From the sequence record DRR723986_5581: a stretch of 64,000 bases of DNA; one strand, 5' to 3'. A model generated the notes under the pieces. It did not search any database, was not told the DNA's origin, and worked only from the letters and a program-made list of their open reading frames with translations. Each line of letters opens with the position of its first letter. Position 1 is the first letter of the stretch. This document shows, piece after piece, positions 28,943-39,329 of this stretch. The position numbers were made by a program, and so were the translations under genes.

Positions 28943-31616
28943 CAAAATCCTCTTCATCCTCGGGAAGATCGTTCGGCTCTCCAACCATTTTTTCGAGCCA
29001 GACTCGGTTGACCACCACGGAAATCTCTTTTTCAAACAAACCGTCAGGATAACTGAGACCGAATGCCGGGATCTGCCGCCCTGGTTCCAGTCCGGTACCT
29101 GTGATTTTCAGCATGTGCAGCATAAGCAGCGGTTTGTTGCGGACGCGCCGGTAATACCGGTCGGAGACGTTGCTGTTTTTGTTCTTCTCGTCCTGCCGAG
29201 CGTCCTGTTCCGCCTCGTCAATCTGAGGCTTGGTGAGGCCCAGCATTTCATCGCCACGGCTGGCAACACGGTCCTTGTTCATCCTGACAAGGCCGGGAAC
29301 AGCAGGGTCGTAAAGAACCTTTCGCTCCTGATATCCAAGCTTGAAATTATCAAGATCCGCGTCATTTCCAGGCGGAGAAATCAGAAGCACATCGCCGGTC
29401 TTGAACTGGTCCGCAATGGCGTGGAGATATTCCAGAGCATAACGTTTCTTTTCAAGAAAATCGGAATGGACCTGGAAGCGGCCCAGAAATTCCTCGATCT
29501 CTGAGACCTCCACATCACACAGAAACAGCCCCTTTTTCGTCGGCGTGATCGCACCCGAACCTTTTCCGAAACCGGATTGCCAGTATTCGGTGATCAGATC
29601 GGTGTTGCTTTGCGTGATTTTTTCATCCAGTGACAGCGCCGTCGATTCAATAAGGCGGCCGCTGTAGTTCTGCTGAATAATATATTCCTTGCCGGCTCTC
29701 ATCTTGTTGGCGGCAGTAATCAGAAGACTGTCGGGATGAGCCTGAACATAGAGGCCGAAATCGATAGGGCTCAGGTTCTGGAGGCGCATCCGACGAATCT
29801 GCTGTCTCAGTTCATCGGCAGCTTCCGCAATATGGGCGTACCAGCGAATGGAATCCTGCGAGAGATAAACACGGCACAGGTCTTCAAACCCGGGTCGGTA
29901 CCCGAACCATCTCCCCATCTGCATGAGCGTGTCATACATCCTGGTGTTCCGGTACATATAGCTGACAGTGAGCCCTTCAATTGTAAGTCCGCGCGAGAGA
30001 CTTAATCCGCCTATGGCCACTGCTGTAAGACCGACTCCTTCTTTGGCGTACTTTCGGTAATCCAGAGCCTCATCCGACTTACTGTTGACCACAAACAGCT
30101 TCAACCCGCTCATCACGTTGTTGAGCTCGGTCTTGACCTGAGGCCAGGTCACTTCAGAACCGGAAAATTCCTCATCAAACACCTCCTTCAGAGCAGCCAT
30201 GTGAGCATTGGCTGAGGAGACTTTTTCCGGCATGGCGTAGTTTGTGCTTACCGCATCCTTCAACTTCTTCTCGTAAATGCTCAGAAAATTTCGAATGGTT
30301 TTCTGAACATCAACAAATCGCGATGTGTTGATAAGCATCGAACAGTGTTTGTTTCTCTGCCCTCTGAGGTTTCGAATTGCACGGGCAACGATGAAAACGC
30401 GCAGAGCCCTGTACAGGGATGGCGGGAGATCTGTTATCGGATCGTCTTTTTTGTGTGTCAGACGAAGATAATCTTCTCCATCCTGAATCGGGCGAAGAAT
30501 CCGGTCACTGGTCTGTTCGTCGAGGAATACCGTCCGGGGACCGAAGTATGACGTCGGCGCGTCGAGAGAATAAATGAAATCTCTCGGGAAAAGCTCTTCC
30601 CGAACGTCGTCGTCGTATGCGTCCGGATCAATGAATATGTTGGCAAATGGCGTCGCTGTGTATCCGACGTAACATTTTTTCGCAAACAACGAGAGAATGT
30701 TGCGGATTTCGCGGTTGGTTCTGGTTGGTTTGAGATCCGGCTTGTTCGTATTGATGGAAGCATTGTCAGCTTCGTCATCAATCATAAGCATAGGCACGTC
30801 CGTTATCTGTCCGCCACCTTTCGCGTTCATATCGCGGAGCCACCCGTACAACTGGGTTAGCGTGGAAACATTCTTTTTGATGACAAAGACGATCGGTTTG
30901 CTGAAATCGTTCAGCTGCCACCCGCTCTGATTTGCGGTCTTTTTGCTGAAGTCATCGTGAATGGTTGTTACAGTCACCGGGTGCGGGTAATCAGGATTGT
31001 TCAATCCCACACCGACCGGAATACGATCCAGCGGATCGCTGGATTTTCCGACAAACCCCTCGTCGATCCGTTCCTGGGTCTGGCTGCGCAGGTTGTTGTG
31101 AATACCTGCGATTACAATAATAAACTTGTATCCCGCATCTGCTGCTCTGGCGATGAGAGCCAGATAGTTGGCGGTTTTTCCTGATTGAACATGCCCGATG
31201 ACCAGGCCGCGCCGGTCCCAGGCACCTTCACTTCTGGGGTCCTGCAGATGTCCAAGGATTCTGAGTGAAACGTCGCTTAGTGACTGGACAACATCGGGAG
31301 CCCATCCCTCTGAGCGCAAATGCTTTTCATACGCGTCCACGTAACCCCATGAAACGTCGTCGCGTTTTTCGATCCACTTTTCATCATGTTCTGCAGTGGT
31401 ATCAACAAGTGAAATGCCCGAACCCATCCGCGTGTCGACAGCAATCATTGCCTCAACAACCACGCTTCCTATGTCTCCGGTAAAATTGAATACAGACGCC
31501 AGCGCAACAGCTTTCTGCTCCACGACTTCCTTCGTTGGCGGTTCGTCAAGGAGAGACAGGGCACTGATCAGTGCTGAAGTAAAATTTTTCTGATCAAATG
31601 CGTTGCTGACTTTCAT
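28935..31616 (-). CDS. Z1-domain SF2 helicase-like protein (MzaC-like)
   Basis: GHVQSGKT, IDDEADNAS, YTATPFAN, LSRGLTIEGL, DTLMQMGRWFGYR. Confidence 0.92.
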   Translation of the reverse strand: MKVSNAFDQKNFTSALISALSLLDEPPTKEVVEQKAVALASVFNFTGDIGSVVVEAMIAVDTRMGSGISLVDTTAEHDEKWIEKRDDVSWGYVDAYEKHLRSEGWAPDVVQSLSDVSLRILGHLQDPRSEGAWDRRGLVIGHVQSGKTANYLALIARAADAGYKFIIVIAGIHNNLRSQTQERIDEGFVGKSSDPLDRIPVGVGLNNPDYPHPVTVTTIHDDFSKKTANQSGWQLNDFSKPIVFVIKKNVSTLTQLYGWLRDMNAKGGGQITDVPMLMIDDEADNASINTNKPDLKPTRTNREIRNILSLFAKKCYVGYTATPFANIFIDPDAYDDDVREELFPRDFIYSLDAPTSYFGPRTVFLDEQTSDRILRPIQDGEDYLRLTHKKDDPITDLPPSLYRALRVFIVARAIRNLRGQRNKHCSMLINTSRFVDVQKTIRNFLSIYEKKLKDAVSTNYAMPEKVSSANAHMAALKEVFDEEFSGSEVTWPQVKTELNNVMSGLKLFVVNSKSDEALDYRKYAKEGVGLTAVAIGGLSLSRGLTIEGLTVSYMYRNTRMYDTLMQMGRWFGYRPGFEDLCRVYLSQDSIRWYAHIAEAADELRQQIRRMRLQNLSPIDFGLYVQAHPDSLLITAANKMRAGKEYIIQQNYSGRLIESTALSLDEKITQSNTDLITEYWQSGFGKGSGAITPTKKGLFLCDVEVSEIEEFLGRFQVHSDFLEKKRYALEYLHAIADQFKTGDVLLISPPGNDADLDNFKLGYQERKVLYDPAVPGLVRMNKDRVASRGDEMLGLTKPQIDEAEQDARQDEKNKNSNVSDRYYRRVRNKPLLMLHMLKITGTGLEPGRQIPAFGLSYPDGLFEKEISVVVNRVWLEKMVGEPNDLPEDEEDFDD

Positions 31617-33091
31617 GAAAACTCTTTCTTCATAAATATTTCGACCAATTTCTCATTTCTGTCAAACATTCCGGAGGTTCGGACGATTTCAAGAAACTTT
31701 TCCGCATCAATTTTTGCGTTCTGTTCAAGAACATGCTTCAGAGCGTACAGCTTTTCGGAAACCTCATCTTCAGCAAGCATGTATGCGTCCATCATGCGCG
31801 GATGCGTTGAATAATCAGAGTAAATCATTTCCAGATTCAGCGAGGAGGCGATCATCTCCGTTATGAGAAGAAACGATCGCTGCTGTTCAGCGGTGAGATT
31901 CTCTCTGAATTCAGACAGTACCGGGTGTCCCTGGTTCACCGTATACCGAACCGAATGCTCATCGGCGTACCGCTCCCAAAGTGGCGCCTGAGCTTCCTGA
32001 TAGAGTTTCACACCCCGTTTCCGGTGAACGTTCGTGCTTCTGCCTGAGATCCGCGAAATGATCTGTCTCAGCCGTTCTCGAACCTGACGGGGCGGGCTGG
32101 CCCGTGATTTCTTGATATCAATCGTCCAGAGCTCGTCCAGACTGTTGGGAAAATCAATCTGAACACGGGCAAGTTTGGTTGCTTCCCCTTTGGGGATGAG
32201 TCGAAACCAATCCCCCCACGCCATCAGGCGGCCGTTGCGATAGACATACGCACCCTGGTTCGAGATGAAATCACTTCGGTTCTGATAATAGTCGTATTCC
32301 GAAGCGGACAGGTTGCTGTGGTGAGGCAGGATATACGGTTGAATCTTTACGGGTGTCTCGCCCACATACACAACTTCCTCTGCCAGAGTCTGCGTTTTTC
32401 GGTTGAAACGACAAAACGGATCGAAAGACGCAACAGGATGACCGTTCAATGTGATGCTGAGTTTTTTGAAGCCGGCTATTTCACCGGCAAGAAAGCGATG
32501 AAAGACCAGCGCGAGATGCCGTTCAACCAGAGTAAGCTTCGCTGACACGATCTCATCACGCGTATGCCCCGTTTCACTTTCGAACAATCGGTCAAGCTGC
32601 TGCCAGACGACAAGTGTTCCTGAAGGTCCCAGAAGTTCCCTGTAGGGCGTTTCTTCTATCTCCTCATCATCCAGAACACCGAGCAGCCAGTCATTTTCCC
32701 TGTCAACGACCCCGAGATCCCATTCGGCTCCTGCACGAACTCCGTTTTTCGAAGCAATCACCGAAAGTTTTCGACACTGAGAAAACGAAGCAGTCTTCAG
32801 ACCGAGCCCGAACCGCCCGAGGTCCTTTGCAGATCTCGACTGCCTCGGATCGAGCGCACCGTGACGCATGGCTTCGATCAGTTCCTCTGACGTCATCCCG
32901 CAGCCATTATCCGCAATTGCAAGAACCGGCGTATCCGTGCTCAGGTCACAGATGATTTCAATCCGATCCGCTCCTGCGGTAATGCTGTTGTCGATAATGT
33001 CGGCAGTCGCCGTTTCCAGCGAGTAACCCAGATCACGCATCGAAGATGTAAGTGATGATGCTCGCGGCGGGAGCGCCTGGAGTTTGGGCAT
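31613..33091 (-). CDS. MORC/MutL-type GHKL ATPase (MzaB-like)
   Basis: ADIIDNSITA, DNGCGM, LGRFGLGLKTASFS. Confidence 0.9.
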   Translation of the reverse strand: MPKLQALPPRASSLTSSMRDLGYSLETATADIIDNSITAGADRIEIICDLSTDTPVLAIADNGCGMTSEELIEAMRHGALDPRQSRSAKDLGRFGLGLKTASFSQCRKLSVIASKNGVRAGAEWDLGVVDRENDWLLGVLDDEEIEETPYRELLGPSGTLVVWQQLDRLFESETGHTRDEIVSAKLTLVERHLALVFHRFLAGEIAGFKKLSITLNGHPVASFDPFCRFNRKTQTLAEEVVYVGETPVKIQPYILPHHSNLSASEYDYYQNRSDFISNQGAYVYRNGRLMAWGDWFRLIPKGEATKLARVQIDFPNSLDELWTIDIKKSRASPPRQVRERLRQIISRISGRSTNVHRKRGVKLYQEAQAPLWERYADEHSVRYTVNQGHPVLSEFRENLTAEQQRSFLLITEMIASSLNLEMIYSDYSTHPRMMDAYMLAEDEVSEKLYALKHVLEQNAKIDAEKFLEIVRTSGMFDRNEKLVEIFMKKEFS

Positions 33092-33510
33092 TACCGTCCT
33101 CCTTCCAGCTTTTCGGAAATCTCGGAAAGGACCCCGTCCGGATCTTTCTCCAGTTCACATTCCCAGACAGTGAGCGGCTCCCAGCCTGCTTTCTTTATCT
33201 CGGAGATGTTTTTTCGATCACGGGCAACCGTGGCTTCGAATTTCTCCGTCCAGAAGTCCGTGTTTGACGATGGCATGGTCGCCTTCGGACAACCTGGATG
33301 GCGGTGCCAGTAGCAGCCGTGCACAAAGATGGCTGTCTTGTATTTCGGGAGAACGATATCGGGGCGACCGCTGAGATCTTTGCGATGAAGTCTGAAGCGA
33401 TATCCCGCGCAATGCAGCATTGAACGAAGCTTAAGCTCGGGTTTGGTATTTTTCCCCCCAATTCTGGACATATTCCAGCTTCGGCGTTCTTTGCTGAGCC
33501 TGTCAGCCAT
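33091..33510 (-). CDS. vsr: Very short patch repair endonuclease
   Basis: RSWNMSRI..TKPE, GRPDIV, FVHGCYWHRH, VWECE. Confidence 0.93.
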   Translation of the reverse strand: MADRLSKERRSWNMSRIGGKNTKPELKLRSMLHCAGYRFRLHRKDLSGRPDIVLPKYKTAIFVHGCYWHRHPGCPKATMPSSNTDFWTEKFEATVARDRKNISEIKKAGWEPLTVWECELEKDPDGVLSEISEKLEGGR

Positions 33511-35059
33511 GATCGGCGTCAATCTGATCGAGGACTTCCGCGACAATTTCAGCGATCTGCCCCGCGAGGAAGGGCGGGACTGCGTTCCCGATCTGATGGA
33601 ACTGGGCCGTGCGCGGTCCTTCGAATTTGTAGTTGTCGGGAAAGGTCTGCAACCTTGCGGCTTCCCGAGGTGTCAGGCTGCGACATTGAGCCGGATCGTA
33701 ATGAATGAAGTAGTGACCGTCCTTGGAAATGTGAGAGGTGATTGTCGTTGAGACGCTGTCAGCCATTTGAACCCTGAACCGATCAGAGAACATTTCTCCG
33801 GACTGGCCCTTGGCGACATTCCTGTGTTTCGGAAGCAGAAAGTCCGGAAAGTCTGAAAGCTTTGAACTCCGCTTCGCCTGAGCTGCGAAAGCGGCACAGA
33901 ACAGATAACGGTGAATGTCCGATGGCATGTGCCCTCTTGCCTCGTGCCCCGTCAGCACCGAGAGCCTGTCATCATGAAGAGATTTGATCACTTTATGAGG
34001 CAGGTTGGATCGCCCGGGACAAACCGTGTTTTTTCTTTCGGTCGGACCCGAACCCAGATTGTGAAGCACATTGCTGATTTCAGACTTCACGGCGGTGGCC
34101 AGTTTATGGCCGTTGAGATGGCGGGAAAGCGCCTTCTCATCAAACTCAGAGAGAACTGATCGCCAGGATTCCAGACTGTCTTTTTTCGAGAGACCGCTGC
34201 GAAGCTGCGGCAGAGATCCGATGGTTTCAGAAACACTCGGCGGCTGAGACTTTTCAAGCTGGCGCGGAACGACTTTGAAATCGCGATGGACACCTACAAT
34301 AAACATGCGGTGGCGGGCCTGCGGTACACCGTATTCTTCAGCTTTCACAAGGAACTGCCGCGGATCAGCGTCCCGAGTCATTTCTCCTTCGTGGGAGAGT
34401 GAATACAGGCGATAGCCTGTACCGTTGCCCGTTCCTCCCAAAGCCTCTTCAGGATCCATCAGATCGGTCAGGATGCGATTGATGACCGGTTCACCCTGCA
34501 CTTTGGCGGACAGGAGACCTTTGACGTTCTCCATCACAAAGACCGGAGGACGGTGATCCGCGATGATCTTCAGATATTCTCTATAAAGGAAATGTCGCTC
34601 ATCCTTTTCGAACTCCGGGTTGTTCATCATCCGGGAACGACCGACCAGTGAGTAAGCCTGACAGGGCGGACCGCCGATCAGTGCCCACTTGTCTTTTCCT
34701 GCCAGTTCGCGGTCGATAATGCCACGAACACGCTCGTGCTCCTGAACTCCCAGCGAGATTCGCAGAGCGCTTTTTTCCGCGTGCCGTGCCTGTTCAGGAT
34801 AGCGGGCGAACAGCTCACCACGCGAAATGTCACCGGAGAGATAGGAATAGTAGTCATCCGGGAATCCATTTGAACCGAATGCACGCAAAAAGTGACGCAG
34901 CTGGAGGGTCTGGTGGGAAAATTCATCCCTTTCGATGGACACAGCGTCCTGGAAACGGGCCTGCCCTTCCGCGTCCGAGGTTGAAAGAAACCCTTCACCA
35001 AGACCGCCAGGCCCGGCAAACAGATCGACTACGGGATAGGTTTTTCGTGATTTCTTCAT
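33503..35059 (-). CDS. dcm: DNA (cytosine-5)-methyltransferase
   Basis: DLFAGPGG, GGPPCQ, ENVKG, PQARHR, REAARLQTFP, QIGNAVP. Confidence 0.95.
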   Translation of the reverse strand: MKKSRKTYPVVDLFAGPGGLGEGFLSTSDAEGQARFQDAVSIERDEFSHQTLQLRHFLRAFGSNGFPDDYYSYLSGDISRGELFARYPEQARHAEKSALRISLGVQEHERVRGIIDRELAGKDKWALIGGPPCQAYSLVGRSRMMNNPEFEKDERHFLYREYLKIIADHRPPVFVMENVKGLLSAKVQGEPVINRILTDLMDPEEALGGTGNGTGYRLYSLSHEGEMTRDADPRQFLVKAEEYGVPQARHRMFIVGVHRDFKVVPRQLEKSQPPSVSETIGSLPQLRSGLSKKDSLESWRSVLSEFDEKALSRHLNGHKLATAVKSEISNVLHNLGSGPTERKNTVCPGRSNLPHKVIKSLHDDRLSVLTGHEARGHMPSDIHRYLFCAAFAAQAKRSSKLSDFPDFLLPKHRNVAKGQSGEMFSDRFRVQMADSVSTTITSHISKDGHYFIHYDPAQCRSLTPREAARLQTFPDNYKFEGPRTAQFHQIGNAVPPFLAGQIAEIVAEVLDQIDADHG

Positions 35060-35329
35060 GCGTCGATCGAGATTATATTACTTGGTATTCCTGAGATAAT
35101 TGGCGAATAATCCACCAAATGCCAGATTTTTTCCAGGCAATAATATTATTACTGATGAATATTGCATCGCCATCGCCAACAGAGCAGCACATTCGTCGTT
35201 GAAATTAATCTATTACTTGAATTCGGACGGCTCTTTCCAGATTCAAATCAAGATAGGAAAGTACGGCGTCCTCCTCCGGAATCAATTCTTACTTCCGACA
35301 TATTTCAACCACAAGTGCGATCGCACGAA

Positions 35330-35770
35330 TTATCGCTCCCTCTCCGGCTCCCGCCAGAACCTGTCCGTCTCCCGATCACGTTCGTTAGAACCGCGCTCAC
35401 GGGATTTCTCCAAAGCACGCTCCAGATCCCATTCCTGTGTCACCAATCCGTAGTGCTCGCGCATGGCGTTTGGCAGCTGCTGCAGGTGTTCCAGCGCTTT
35501 CTTGCGGTTCCCCTCAGCCAGCAGCCCTCCCCGCATCCAGCCATAGTGCCAGTGCCGTCCGAAAAACGCGTCTTCCTGTTGAAGGGTTTGTATTGCGGCT
35601 TCGATGCCACGCTTGCTGACAAGATTGCCGTAAGACCTGAGCGCCCGGTCTCCATCCTCAAACGTTTCCCGGAACAGCCGCACAAGCCGTTCCGTGGCGA
35701 CTTCCCGCTTCGACCGGATGGCTTCAAGCTTCTGCTCAAGGTGAGAAAGTGAAGTATTGTTTGCCGACAT
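35330..35770 (-). CDS. Stand-alone BID-like domain protein
   Basis: FEDGDRA..GIEAAIQTL..FG..MRG..RKKALEHL pattern and R/E-rich tail; GGGAG RBS. Confidence 0.5.
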   Translation of the reverse strand: MSANNTSLSHLEQKLEAIRSKREVATERLVRLFRETFEDGDRALRSYGNLVSKRGIEAAIQTLQQEDAFFGRHWHYGWMRGGLLAEGNRKKALEHLQQLPNAMREHYGLVTQEWDLERALEKSRERGSNERDRETDRFWREPERER

Positions 35771-36032
35771 GCCAAATCTCCCGCAAAATATTGGCATGAT
35801 CCGCTGGATTGCCAAACTGAAAAACCTTCCGGTTGTCCGGAAGGTCTTCCAGCGTGACATGGAACCGGAACTTCCGATCTCGGAATTCCTGCGCCAGAGC
35901 GTCCTCACCGCAGCAAAACGCTTTCCGAACGACAAGGTCCATCAGGAGATCATGGCGGAGAACGAGCTGTTCATGCGCGACGTTCTCGGAAAGCGCAAAC
36001 ATGACGCGTAATCGAATCCGCCAAATGTCTTT

Positions 36033-38297
36033 CTAGCGTCTTCGAACTAGCAGCACCGCTTCATAGGGAACGCGCCAGTGGTCCGTACATCGGGAAAAGA
36101 CGACCACGTGGTCTACACGTTCGTCCTCCATCGCCTGGGCGGCTAAGCCCTCCATCGTCTCGCGCACTTCCCCACCTAGCGCCTCAGGAAACGCGTAGAA
36201 GATGATACGTGCTTTGCGCTGCTGTGGCGGCTGAATCTGAAAAGAACAGATATGGCCGGGTTTGCGGAAATTCTTACGCACCGTCGCACGCAGCTTGGTG
36301 AGGTTCCGTTCGATGATCTTCTGTTCACTGGGGTCCGCAGACGATAACAGATTCAGACCAACAGTCGTCCAGCCGGGAGGTTTGCGCTGTTCGAGCCGTG
36401 TGATGATTGAACTGAACAATGGTCCTAGCGCTGGCTTCGGTTTTGCTAACGCAATACCCGCATCGCGGCTCGTGTAGTATCGATCGAGAGGCTCCGACAG
36501 TCCGCTTGGCGAGAAGATAGAACTTTGTTCCCTCAGGTCTGGGATGTTGAAGCCAGTGATGAGGTATAGGCCCAGAAAGTCGAGTTCATCGCCAAGCAGG
36601 CTGAATGACTTTTGCAGGTAGATACGTTCTCCAAGATAGTGAAGGAACGTTAGCGGGTGATCAAGGATGTCCGCGATGCAGATAAGATCAGCGATCGTGA
36701 TCGTCGGTGCGAGTTGATGATCGGCTGGTACCCAGCCGATTTCCTTGAAGTCAGCCTCTGCGGAGCTAAGAACCGAAAAATCATCGAGGGTCACAGATAT
36801 CCTAATGATCTGATCAACAGATGCGGGATCAATGCCTATCCTGCGAACTATAACATCGGCTTCGGCATCCCCTTCTTTCGCAGAAGTTATAAGTGAGGCC
36901 AGCCGGGCGGACTGCAGGGATGGATAAAACACCATATCGGATACATGGCGTTTTACGCGATCCGGAGCTCCTCGTAGCCCCTGTGGCGTGAGGTGATTGG
37001 ATTTTGCCTCAGCAATAAGCACCGTACGGTCGAGCGTGACGAGCAGGTCAGTTTCGAACTGTTCTGAGCCAACCTGCCACTTTGCTGCCGAAACGATGGT
37101 CGCTCCCGGCAAGGCTTTTCGCATGGTGTCTTCAAGTTTGCCTTCGAGATAGTCCGCCCGGCGTTTCTCAAGCCTAGCCTTGATGCCCGCCTCTTCTGCC
37201 AGCCGCGCCATAACGCGATGGATATGGCTAAACACCATTTGCGGGATTGGGAAGACGACATGATCCCCAAGATCGATACCCGGAGCGTCCCACATCGGAT
37301 TGGCAAGGAACAGTTGCTCAGGCTTGGTTCCGACCAAACTGCCTGGTTCACGGGACAGGGACTTGAGGATTGCCTCGACGACATTTTTTGTCTTGCCCGA
37401 AAGCTCTGCGATTTCAGCGATAGTAAAACTGGCGCGTTCGGAGTGCTTGAGATCGCAATGTCCCATGATCATACCCATCATGGCGTCGCGTGAAATGCCC
37501 GGCGGCATGGTGGCGAGAAGGTCCTCTGGCCCACCTCGGAGTTCCGGAAAATGCTTGTAGTAGTTCTGGACTAGTTGCCGGGCATTGGATGACCGGAAGA
37601 CCTTAGCCAATCGCGTGAAGTGTTCGGAATGCCGGCGCTCAAATTCTGTGACTACAATCGCCATCACCTCGATCAGATCGGTAGCACCGAAATCGAAGTG
37701 AGGTTTCAGTTGATCGTCCAGCGGTCCATACAAGTCGGAGCTGATGCCAATGACATCGGAGTAATACCCCCAGTTTCTGACCGCCTGTGTGTGAAATCGA
37801 ATGCGCTCCTGCAACGACAGGATGGTAAATTCCTGCTTGTCTGTAACTTCCTCAGCCGCCACTATCCGCTGGTGCAGGAATGTCTCAGCAATCTTTGGTA
37901 CAGTTTCGAACACAGTTTCCATGATGGCCGGTGAAAAAGGGGCCGTGCCCCACTCATTCGTCGGAATGGTCATCATGAGCGCCAACAGTAGTTCGGCGTG
38001 GTGTTGCTGAATGTCTTTGAGAACGGATTTGCTGCTCACCCCGTCACGTCCAGCAAAGGTTTGGAGCCCGTAAGCGGCAAAGGTTGAGACAATCCCTACG
38101 GGGTCCGACTTTCGCAGCTCATCCGTGACGGTCTTTAGTGTCGCCGGGAATTCATCAACGCTGTGTCGTGCCGCAGCCAGGACGGCTTTCTTAAACTCGT
38201 CGTGATGCTCTTTTTCGATGCCAAAGCTCGAGAGCTCGAGCTTTGGCTCTTTTCGTTGTGTCGGCTTCTTACGCCGCCTGTTTTTGCTTCGTGGCAT
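36033..38297 (-). CDS. Large hypothetical protein with NERD/PD-(D/E)XK-like nuclease domain
   Basis: ADYLE..ETDLLV..LIAEAKS. Confidence 0.7.
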   Translation of the reverse strand: MPRSKNRRRKKPTQRKEPKLELSSFGIEKEHHDEFKKAVLAAARHSVDEFPATLKTVTDELRKSDPVGIVSTFAAYGLQTFAGRDGVSSKSVLKDIQQHHAELLLALMMTIPTNEWGTAPFSPAIMETVFETVPKIAETFLHQRIVAAEEVTDKQEFTILSLQERIRFHTQAVRNWGYYSDVIGISSDLYGPLDDQLKPHFDFGATDLIEVMAIVVTEFERRHSEHFTRLAKVFRSSNARQLVQNYYKHFPELRGGPEDLLATMPPGISRDAMMGMIMGHCDLKHSERASFTIAEIAELSGKTKNVVEAILKSLSREPGSLVGTKPEQLFLANPMWDAPGIDLGDHVVFPIPQMVFSHIHRVMARLAEEAGIKARLEKRRADYLEGKLEDTMRKALPGATIVSAAKWQVGSEQFETDLLVTLDRTVLIAEAKSNHLTPQGLRGAPDRVKRHVSDMVFYPSLQSARLASLITSAKEGDAEADVIVRRIGIDPASVDQIIRISVTLDDFSVLSSAEADFKEIGWVPADHQLAPTITIADLICIADILDHPLTFLHYLGERIYLQKSFSLLGDELDFLGLYLITGFNIPDLREQSSIFSPSGLSEPLDRYYTSRDAGIALAKPKPALGPLFSSIITRLEQRKPPGWTTVGLNLLSSADPSEQKIIERNLTKLRATVRKNFRKPGHICSFQIQPPQQRKARIIFYAFPEALGGEVRETMEGLAAQAMEDERVDHVVVFSRCTDHWRVPYEAVLLVRRR

Positions 38298-39081
38298 GCA
38301 ACTATAGATACCATAAATTCTGGCAGGTATATCAAATAGCAGCTATAAGCCAACTTTCTCGTAATTGCAGACTTGAACAGGCCTCTTCGGCGATACAATC
38401 CACCATATTCTTCCGCTCTTAGGGGCGTTGCGGGCTCTCCCGCAGATGGGGTGGCGTAAAACCGCGCCAGCGGGTTGAAGACAGGGGAAGGCCTTCCCCT
38501 CCCAAAATCCCCTAACGCTCAATCACGTTCTCAAGACCTCTCACGGCACCACGCCGCCGCTGACCCGCCACGCGGAGCGCAGCATCATTCCTGCCCGCCT
38601 GCATTGGGTGAGCCTCCCCGAGGCGGACGGCACCCAAAGACCTGCCGCAAACGGCGTTCTGCAAGCCTGTGCTCGGGAGACCGCGCAGCGGCGGCACGCG
38701 GCTTGCAGGTTGTCGGAGGCAGGTCAACGTGCCGATATCCCGCCGTGGGGCTCACTTATCCGCAGACGGACACCCCATGAGGCGCGAAGCACCGGCGGGA
38801 CAATGTCGGACATCTCATGTCCGACCGTGCGGCGGCACGCGGGCCGTCACTCCCCGGCCCGTCGGGGAGTGACGGCCCCGCCCAACCCAAGGCAATCCGC
38901 CACATTCCCGCAAACGTTGCCACACGACACACAAATGACAACCCTTCCAACAGCTTACAGACGTTGTCATTTTCTGCACGACCTGCTGGCACTTCCTGCC
39001 CAGCCGCGTTCACAATCCCCTCAGATCACGCAACCGCCTGATCCATCTGACCCACCGTTTCACCACAGAAAGGAGAGCACC

Positions 39082-39225
39082 ATGCTCATTCTCGACATTC
39101 GCGCCCCGCCGCGGCGAGGCACATTTCCCGTCACCGGTCCCCCGGTGCCGGATGCCCAACAGGGCACACCATATCGACCGGTCACCCGACCGGTTCGGGA
39201 GGCTCTCACCGCCAAAGGAGACTGA
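39082..39225 (+). CDS. Possible 47-aa leader ORF upstream of the second recombinase
   Basis: AAGGAG RBS before ATG 39082. Confidence 0.3.
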   Translation: MLILDIRAPPRRGTFPVTGPPVPDAQQGTPYRPVTRPVREALTAKGD

Positions 39226-39329
39226 CTTGCATTCCGGCCCCGCCGCGAATGACCTTCGCGGGATGCCCTGATCTACGGACAGGACGTCGCCATCAACACT
39301 CAGCAACCTCGTAACAAGGATTGAGCAAG

